Below, in pieces: positions 58,001-64,000 of a stretch of 64,000 nucleotides of DNA. The translations under genes were made by a program, and so were the position numbers. The notes below the pieces were generated by a model, which did not search any database, had not been told where the DNA came from, and was given only the letters and a program-made list of their open reading frames with translations. The first letter of the stretch is position 1. Each line of letters begins with the position of its first letter. Origin of the DNA: a virus. The stretch is taken from positions 38,337 through 102,336 of the IMG/VR virus record IMGVR_UViG_3300034105_004543; one strand, given 5' to 3'.

Positions 58001-60649
58001 CAAGATTTGTCACCTAATCCAGTTTCGATAGATGCATCAAAATTGGAAATATTTAATAGAGGGAAGCTTCAAACAGAATACGAGTACCTTAATGAAAATT
58101 ATAGTTCGGATGTATCAAATACGTCTAGAATAGTTCCTATTATTAATAAATGGGGATATACTGAAGGCACCGATGCTAGGGGAAATCAATATAGATTAAA
58201 TTCTAGTCCTGCATTCTCACCAACCAATTTTTCACCAAGTATCGATAAAAATAATGCTGATTCCAGATATCTTACACATGAATGGTTTTTACTTGAGCAA
58301 CCTCCTAGAAATTTCCCGATAGAGGCTATGAGGAATCAAAATAGTTATCTTCCCCAAAAGATAGATCTTGATTTGGCTACTGGTGCAGGAAATTATCTTG
58401 AATCATATTTTACTGTTGATCCCTCCGATTATCCTTTGGAATTTAGAGATCTTAAATCCTATACTAAGGAACTGTTCACTACGTTCTCGTATAACAAATC
58501 TAATGGCTTCTACGAGACTCTTTTCAGAGGTGTTAAGATTGTTCTTAAAAAAAGATCTAATCTCTCTAATAGCGTTGCAGATTCCTTAGATCGGTATGTA
58601 CCAAAATATAGAAATTATGAGAATTATAAATTTGCTGCAATATTAAGACCAATATCCGAAAATAATGATGTGATACAGGAACCTGTTAGATATAGAATAA
58701 TAGAAAATCAGAATCAAAAATTTATATTATTTATTTGTGATGTTGTTATGAGAGACTATAAATCCATGGGTGTTGGATATACCGGCGGTACTGGGGGTAA
58801 TCCCATATTGGATTATACACTTTTATACTCCATAAATAACAAGGAGAATTTAAGGTACCCCTTAGTAAATGGATCAAGATTATATGACATATCTGATATT
58901 AAATTGAGTGCAGCACTGAATCTTGCTGTTGGTTCCAATTCAAATGTTACCACAACAGGGGGTGGAAGAATAGGAATAATAAGTGATTCTGAATATGATA
59001 CTGATTTAAGGGAGGAAGTTCATACTTTCTTTAGCGAGAACTCCGCTGATGCCATAAATGGACCATCAGCAACTGGTCCTGGTAGTTTTTATGTTGATAA
59101 ATTCACTCCAATTGCAACATATCCCTGGCCGGTTGGGGTTGGACCGGATTATGTGGACTTTGGTAAGATAGTTCCTGCCGGAACTTCAGGACCTGTATAT
59201 ACTTTTGATTTATATTTTTCAGTACAATCACCAGTTGTAATCCCTGTGGGTCCTCAATCCATTTATATAGGTAAGCCAGTTTTCCAAAAAAACGGGGGAA
59301 CTAGTTACTATAGTTCCATACTACAGAGGATATCCCTCTCCGGTATTTCATCCAGAATAAATTCTGGATCATCCTATATTAGGTATGAGACATATAAGGA
59401 AAATAGCGACGTGGTACTTAATGATTTCGAATTTCGTATTGATAAACCATCCAAAATAGTAAAATCTGAGGGATCAAGATCCAGTAAATATTTCGGTGGA
59501 CCTCAGACTCTAGGTGAGTCTGTACCAACTGGATATACAATAGAATCAGGTTTGGATTTACCGTCAATATTGCTTAGATATTCTGGTGGATATGAACCAA
59601 TATTTAGAAAAATAATACATTTCGATAGGGATAAGAACGATTGTCCATTTCAGGTTCAGCAAGATCCAAATAACTACAGTCTAGCATTTAGAAACTGTAA
59701 TTTTGCTCCATATAAGAGATACTTTGGTATATCTAGGAACCTTTCATTTACTAAAGTTTCACCAGACGCGAATATATTATCTCTTAGCCAAAATCTACCG
59801 GAAGGTCCAGTATATCCTCTTGTTGGTCAATCTCCTATATGGAAAAAAGATTTTAATGTATTCTCTTCCTCGTGGGATCCTGGATACTATGAAAGATTTA
59901 CGAGTCCATTGACCTATGAAAGAGTTGCTGGTACAAGATCTATGAAGGAGTATAAAGGATTTCTTGGATCTAAAATAATGAAGACACCAGGTTCTTTGGA
60001 TTTTGATAATTATATAACCCTACAGATAGTTAGAGATGGCTCAGGATCATCTGATGTTACGAATATAAATTCACAAATAAATTCTTTTATAAAACCAATA
60101 CAATATATCGATGAAACCAATTCAGGAACAGGTATAGGAAGATCTGATCCTTACAATTCTGGTGTTGATTATGATAAATTGGATCTTGGAATTTTTAGTA
60201 ATGCTGAATTAGTCTGGCAGTATTTTCCTTCCGTTAATAAAGTTAAGGGGATAGTTAGACTTGATCGTATGTTAAGTAGATACTTATTAAATGACGGGGT
60301 AAAACAGGTTTTTATAGATACTATAATATCAGAGTTTGGTGTGGGTAATCCTGATTCCATAGATGATGATGTCACTGAATACATAACAGATAATGTTTCC
60401 CCGCTATATGCGGGGGATAACCTGGAATTGTATGTTCAGAAGGAAGCAATAGCAGATTCACAGTCGAGTAGTTCGATATTATTAATTAGAGGTGATATAG
60501 TAACGTCTGATAGATACCAACTGGAATACTATTATGAAGCTGATTATAAATTAACAAAATTAAGTAATTTAATATATACATTCGAATACAATCTTGATAA
60601 TAATTATGGGTATTCACTTCTATTTAACTTAGGAATAATCAAAATATAA
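55097..60649 (+). CDS. Very large putative structural protein
   Basis: 1850-aa ORF in the structural operon; 'RTNPRITGN', 'FAPLWL', 'INRYFGMYV', 'SRIVP.INKW', 'RYSGGYEPIF'. Confidence 0.55.
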   Translation: MSQSKLFDYNSSFMVIRTNPRITGNLRITIDSTSRVSFNSMNANQTLSNDRFKNFNINGENTFALDVFNFFDKGKLESNIIFEAARFTRGDQEVSKIFSDQYDFFYASGASALADKNYNESFSYFAPLWLKSEIPDYFVIFKVPGPLSYDYSKNETLIEEGVRYKTVKNYDSDDDFIISYGKTPTGEPVFINSGSIFTGSSEYQSYTITSGSGIVCVFDELYNIDLVDDIETTFKDKILPNCSVIKTFDLTKNSRIGNYIRNIVNDKNFTDSPIDVNWGPNSYTYYNGVSIREGIYTRKGEILSEYLSSDSSDRMIDFESYITGGFLRNGIISPNLLNIEFLFDDDDSDNYTINRYFGMYVSRNDLNEIRSNGEFYYKFKDLEGNENLPKPTRDSVGYYYNNESYGITADSGVRLFYEKNIPIPDDGIYSPGIFPGSDNVNIFDSSKLYYVTDKGGNFHSLKRDEGYTTPGGNSPKYAYGPYDPSNETFGTTGSNFTLTTGSLVLQDTKIDLLDFTGITEKISTIPATRATTPGRAYMEINFLKNYTQPKPLVFKLYWPNGTSIEGTKRYDIISSADLSAVLVWIDGSYYSTGSSFYFNAATGNQSDAALALAGVIGEVDTVTWDAAVNLNSTVIRLRDYGEYGNNVYSLGVFSDYENFVSRFRWEWSNSETYYYLDVVLYMDKYYTPVSTVYPSYTSPELDDANWEPYYSFAGAEYIEINGLDASTISGTSKFIGGTKKAGSRLIFQSDYLKFINPGDFINTKSGYAKVNSITRYVDNPESDPISGKVTGFENFTYDYVLNIDDNIEVDLGYDRSFNVYKSAKMFIGIFSFFDVKEFDFDFWSSDYGYTPTPETYKYFQIPTGVNGLIKENVPYLVKQGQVEYAGEVYPQQGDDGSVIKSNLFYGISGFTSIKNASPDLFKELVVIPAEYSDIDYNTSSNVIYGGTGSPAPIGYNKDFDAFNGFIGIQDLSPNPVSIDASKLEIFNRGKLQTEYEYLNENYSSDVSNTSRIVPIINKWGYTEGTDARGNQYRLNSSPAFSPTNFSPSIDKNNADSRYLTHEWFLLEQPPRNFPIEAMRNQNSYLPQKIDLDLATGAGNYLESYFTVDPSDYPLEFRDLKSYTKELFTTFSYNKSNGFYETLFRGVKIVLKKRSNLSNSVADSLDRYVPKYRNYENYKFAAILRPISENNDVIQEPVRYRIIENQNQKFILFICDVVMRDYKSMGVGYTGGTGGNPILDYTLLYSINNKENLRYPLVNGSRLYDISDIKLSAALNLAVGSNSNVTTTGGGRIGIISDSEYDTDLREEVHTFFSENSADAINGPSATGPGSFYVDKFTPIATYPWPVGVGPDYVDFGKIVPAGTSGPVYTFDLYFSVQSPVVIPVGPQSIYIGKPVFQKNGGTSYYSSILQRISLSGISSRINSGSSYIRYETYKENSDVVLNDFEFRIDKPSKIVKSEGSRSSKYFGGPQTLGESVPTGYTIESGLDLPSILLRYSGGYEPIFRKIIHFDRDKNDCPFQVQQDPNNYSLAFRNCNFAPYKRYFGISRNLSFTKVSPDANILSLSQNLPEGPVYPLVGQSPIWKKDFNVFSSSWDPGYYERFTSPLTYERVAGTRSMKEYKGFLGSKIMKTPGSLDFDNYITLQIVRDGSGSSDVTNINSQINSFIKPIQYIDETNSGTGIGRSDPYNSGVDYDKLDLGIFSNAELVWQYFPSVNKVKGIVRLDRMLSRYLLNDGVKQVFIDTIISEFGVGNPDSIDDDVTEYITDNVSPLYAGDNLELYVQKEAIADSQSSSSILLIRGDIVTSDRYQLEYYYEADYKLTKLSNLIYTFEYNLDNNYGYSLLFNLGIIKI

Positions 60650-60651
60650 TT

Positions 60652-62202
60652 ATGCCAATAACCGATATAAAATTTATAAACTACAGCGATTCACAGAATT
60701 TTGCCATAGATAAAATAAATCACAATTTTGATGAAATTGTAGAGTTTCATGGCGGATCTGTTGGTGAAACCGGACCCACCGGTGATCGTGGTTCTATAGG
60801 TCTTAATGGACCCATTGGACCAACCGGAAATTCTGGTCAAAGGGGAACAAAATGGTTTGTACAGAGTTCACCCCCTGGCGGAAATGTTGGTGTCTCGTAT
60901 GGTGACTATTGGGTAGATAGTGGAGATAGTTCAATAAAACTATTTAGTGATTCTGGTTGGAATAATAGCGGGTATACCTTATCCTCGGATGGTAATATTT
61001 TTAATGATATTCAAACATATTTTACTAGTGGTGGTACAGGTATTTCTGTAAAAATGGATCAGACAGATCCTGATAAATATACTTTTGTAGTAGCTGATAA
61101 ATCTCCACAGTCTGGTATAATAAACCAAAAATTAGCTAAATTATTAATTTCTACCGATCCATCGAGAAATCCTTCACCTCTTTTGGAGTTTATGAAAAGT
61201 GATCTTATTTCATCTGGTCCTGGAGTTTATGCTTTACAACCAACTATATCATGGTACACTAGAGTCCTTGGTGATAATTCACTAAAATTTGATATTCCTG
61301 GCGGATCATTTTTAATTGGAGCTTCTGGCGGGTTTAACTCATATTCCCAATCTATTAATGTTTCTGCTGGAACATCGGTGGATATAACATATGGGATAAC
61401 CTCAGGATCTGGAATATCTGCTACTGGAGGTATTTCTTTATTGTCTCAATCTGGTGCTTTAATAATTAATAGCGACAACCTAGATATTGGGACCAATGTA
61501 GCTAATTTTAAAAGTAACGTTGGTGTTGGTGGGAATTCTGCCAATAATAATCCATCCATATCGATGGAGATCGGCGGAACTGGAGGATTTAAAACTGAGA
61601 GAAGAGCCGATAGTTTTAATAGCTTGTCAAATTCAGTTTATAACGTTTCATTAGAAACATTGAGTGATAGGGAATTCTATATAAACACGAAGGGAAAGAT
61701 AAGAACTAAAAAAATTAGATCTGGTGTAACATACCAGAGTTACCAAGATCCTGCTGGTGTTTTTAGTACAGGCGGATCCACCATAGAATGGTATTTTGTG
61801 TCAAGACCTGGTGGTCCTGTACAATCAACACCCATAAAAAATGGTAATACAGCAATAATAACACCAAGTGATCCTGGAGCAACAGGATATGTTGGAATTG
61901 GCCTTTATAATGATCCATTATATTCGTTATGGGGTCCAACCGGTGGAATAGATTCTGGTCAATCAATGGATATAAATGTATATTGTAGTCCTGATAGTAG
62001 TAGCTATGATGCATCCACAAGATCATTATTTAAGTACATAGGTATTGGCACAACATCAGGTGTAGTAAGTGTGGTAACTCTTCCCGAACCTGCTATTTCT
62101 GTAGATTTCACTATAGCTAAAGGCGTTCCAACTGGTGCATCCACAGTTTATTATAAGGCGTACATGATTTCTGGAGGAACAGGAGGATCTTTTCAAGTTT
62201 GA
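60652..62202 (+). CDS. Collagen-like tail fibre protein
   Basis: 'DKINHNF' N-terminus, G-X-Y repeats at about 60754-60846, then 'GTKWFV...P......GDYWVD'. Confidence 0.7.
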   Translation: MPITDIKFINYSDSQNFAIDKINHNFDEIVEFHGGSVGETGPTGDRGSIGLNGPIGPTGNSGQRGTKWFVQSSPPGGNVGVSYGDYWVDSGDSSIKLFSDSGWNNSGYTLSSDGNIFNDIQTYFTSGGTGISVKMDQTDPDKYTFVVADKSPQSGIINQKLAKLLISTDPSRNPSPLLEFMKSDLISSGPGVYALQPTISWYTRVLGDNSLKFDIPGGSFLIGASGGFNSYSQSINVSAGTSVDITYGITSGSGISATGGISLLSQSGALIINSDNLDIGTNVANFKSNVGVGGNSANNNPSISMEIGGTGGFKTERRADSFNSLSNSVYNVSLETLSDREFYINTKGKIRTKKIRSGVTYQSYQDPAGVFSTGGSTIEWYFVSRPGGPVQSTPIKNGNTAIITPSDPGATGYVGIGLYNDPLYSLWGPTGGIDSGQSMDINVYCSPDSSSYDASTRSLFKYIGIGTTSGVVSVVTLPEPAISVDFTIAKGVPTGASTVYYKAYMISGGTGGSFQV

Positions 62203-62208
62203 TATATA
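62201..62208 (+). promoter_or_regulatory. GATATATA putative late promoter element overlapping the upstream TGA
   Basis: Octamer 24 nt upstream of ATG 62233. Confidence 0.55.
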
Positions 62209-62232
62209 GACTAAGATAATTAAACTATATAG

Positions 62233-63915
62233 ATGGCTCTTATAAAATTACTAAGAATAGAGGACGGTGACTCACAGAAGAATCTAACAGATAAGTTAAA
62301 CTATAACTTTGGTAGAATTGTTTCCTTTGAGGGTGGACCCTATGGAAGGAGAGGACCTAAAGGTCCAGTAGGACCTAAGGGACCGGTAGGACCAAGAGGA
62401 TCATACGGAGATCCTGGTATAAGAGGTACATCATGGTCGGTTGGTGTATGCCAGCCTTCCTCAGCATCATCCATTGATGGCGACTATTGGATGAACACAG
62501 CCTTAGATAATCAAGTTTATCAATTCACCACATTGGACGGGTGGAAATATGATGGGTTTGACATAAAGTCTAATGACCTATTTGACGTGGTTTCCCCACT
62601 TTCGACATTAAGCGGAGTAACACCATATGGCGGATATTTCATATCCTCGCAAACACCAATAGATTATTCTATAGTTATAAGCGATAATGATTTATCCAGT
62701 GGTACCGGCGTAACAGGGCCGAACAAATTTGTCAATCCCCAATATTCCAAATTTGTTATTGCAACGAATAGTACTATTCTTAGTAAAAATTTACTAGAGT
62801 TTAATAAAAGTGACTATGCAGAAATCCCGAGTTTCACACCAAAAACTCCCAGATTTTTATGGAATCCTGGATTAGCAGCAGCTGTTGGGCCATATGGACT
62901 TATGTGGAAAAACGATTTTCTTAATGTGAATCTTAGAGGAATAAACGGAAATGGAAATTTTAATATAAAATCTATTAATAAAAATTTTTTAGTAAACTCG
63001 ACGGGATTTAATTACTTTTCAAATTTCTCGCAGGTCTCCAATTTTAAATCAACCAGTAACATAACGCTGGATTTTGGATCTGGCAAATCTTTGTTCTCAA
63101 CAAAGAATTTATCATGGAATGCTAATAAATTTTATCTTAATGCATCATTGAACCTAATTACTGGGACCACTAATAGCGGATTTATATTGAATTTGATATC
63201 TGATGATCCAAACTCTGGTAATCTTAGGTATATTTACAATTCGACAAATTCCAGCGATGCAGTTCTTATGAGCTTCTATCAAAATAGTCCATCATATTAT
63301 CAACTATTTTCTGTTACTGGTGACGGGATAACATATGCGGATAAAATAGTAAGCTCCATGCAAGCAAAACAATCACTTACGCAAAGCGGCAGCAGTTCAA
63401 CTCCAAATGGCACGGTTAGGTGGGTTTCCTTAGTTCCTTCGATCATGACAACTGGATCGTCGGGAGGGTGCTTCTATGTTAATAATGGGGGTAATTATAT
63501 TATAGGCAAATCACAAGGTGCAGCATCAGGAAATAGAGGAATCTCTATATTTACACCAGCAACAGGTGGATATATTAATGGTGCAAATGGGGGATGGCTG
63601 AATCTTCTCGATAATTACGAATCAATCAGTTTCAGAGTACATAGTGATAATCCAGGTGCAACTGGAAGCTGCTTTAAATACATTGGTCTAAATACGGGTT
63701 ACCTGGAGCAAACTCCTCCAATTGTGCTAGGTAACCAGTCAAATGAGATTTCTGGGTATGCTTCTACCGTCGATATAACAATAATAAATATGGCAGGATC
63801 CGGAGGTGCTACAATAAATAATTCATGGTTTAAAGTTTATTATTCAGCATGGGGAGGCACACTATCCTCACCTCAGTGTGGGGTTTTATCAACTTATAAT
63901 TCATCATCAAATTAA
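62233..63915 (+). CDS. Collagen-like tail fibre protein, paralog of 60652-62202
   Basis: 'DSQ....DKLNYNF', G-X-Y repeats at about 62335-62427, 'GTSW.V...P......GDYW', 'LLEF.KSD', 'FKYIG', 'VD.TI', 'VYY.A' shared with the upstream gene. Confidence 0.7.
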   Translation: MALIKLLRIEDGDSQKNLTDKLNYNFGRIVSFEGGPYGRRGPKGPVGPKGPVGPRGSYGDPGIRGTSWSVGVCQPSSASSIDGDYWMNTALDNQVYQFTTLDGWKYDGFDIKSNDLFDVVSPLSTLSGVTPYGGYFISSQTPIDYSIVISDNDLSSGTGVTGPNKFVNPQYSKFVIATNSTILSKNLLEFNKSDYAEIPSFTPKTPRFLWNPGLAAAVGPYGLMWKNDFLNVNLRGINGNGNFNIKSINKNFLVNSTGFNYFSNFSQVSNFKSTSNITLDFGSGKSLFSTKNLSWNANKFYLNASLNLITGTTNSGFILNLISDDPNSGNLRYIYNSTNSSDAVLMSFYQNSPSYYQLFSVTGDGITYADKIVSSMQAKQSLTQSGSSSTPNGTVRWVSLVPSIMTTGSSGGCFYVNNGGNYIIGKSQGAASGNRGISIFTPATGGYINGANGGWLNLLDNYESISFRVHSDNPGATGSCFKYIGLNTGYLEQTPPIVLGNQSNEISGYASTVDITIINMAGSGGATINNSWFKVYYSAWGGTLSSPQCGVLSTYNSSSN

Positions 63916-63923
63916 TACATATC

Positions 63924-64000
63924 ATGCATTTTAATACTAAATACATATTTAAGGGTGACACAGGAAGGGAAGTAATTGGAAAAATTAATTATAATTTTGA
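63924..64000 (+). CDS. Start of a probable third fibre paralog (3'-truncated)
   Basis: MHFNTKYIFKGDTGREVIGKINYNF matches the 'D....xK(I/L)N(H/Y)NF' N-termini of the two preceding genes. Confidence 0.65.
   Translation, partial: MHFNTKYIFKGDTGREVIGKINYNF

Noticed and set aside
28-62026. Numerous short antisense or alternate-frame ORFs in the track
   Set aside because: They lie within long, motif-supported genes and show no recognisable motifs or leaders.
1-64000. tRNA, rRNA, tail sheath/tube, tape measure, terminase and portal genes
   Set aside because: None were recognised. Intergenic gaps are short and AT-rich with no cloverleaf seen by eye; a tRNAscan/Infernal run would be needed to exclude small RNAs.

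Overview
This 64-kb window is an AT-rich, densely coding segment of a T4-like (myovirus-type) large/jumbo bacteriophage genome in the standard genetic code. It begins in the head module: the end of a scaffold-like gene, the gp23-type major capsid protein, and a set of probable internal head proteins with capsid-targeting-like N-termini and (L/I/V)xE protease sites. It continues through baseplate and neck genes (gp53-, gp27-, gp5-, gp13-, gp25- and gp6-like) and a long run of very large putative baseplate/fibre proteins with NHL, Reg_prop, PKD and collagen-like segments. Interspersed are three free-standing homing-endonuclease-like genes and several accessory genes: a P-loop kinase paired with an asparagine-synthetase-like amidotransferase, a Nudix hydrolase, a ribosomal-S1-like protein paired with an amidoligase-like protein, PhoH, and a GT-A glycosyltransferase. 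A-rich leaders without Shine-Dalgarno motifs and Reg_prop repeats suggest a Bacteroidota host (inference). The most notable observations are four. (1) A cassette of mucin-like Thr tracts in two virion proteins lies directly next to a glycosyltransferase resembling plant/algal peptide O-glycosyltransferases, and a G-x-T-G motif recurs through the outer structural proteins; together these suggest a virion O-glycosylation system. (2) Two recurrent intergenic motifs separate by gene class: GATATATA mostly before structural transcription units, and CGAAA-N17/18-TCTA(T/C)AA before non-structural genes. (3) There is a family of capsid-targeted, protease-processed internal proteins, including a paralogous pair and one with a peptidoglycan-binding domain. 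(4) A baseplate/tail gene contains a 10 x 69-bp coding tandem repeat. All family assignments come from recognising motifs by eye; no database searches were run.
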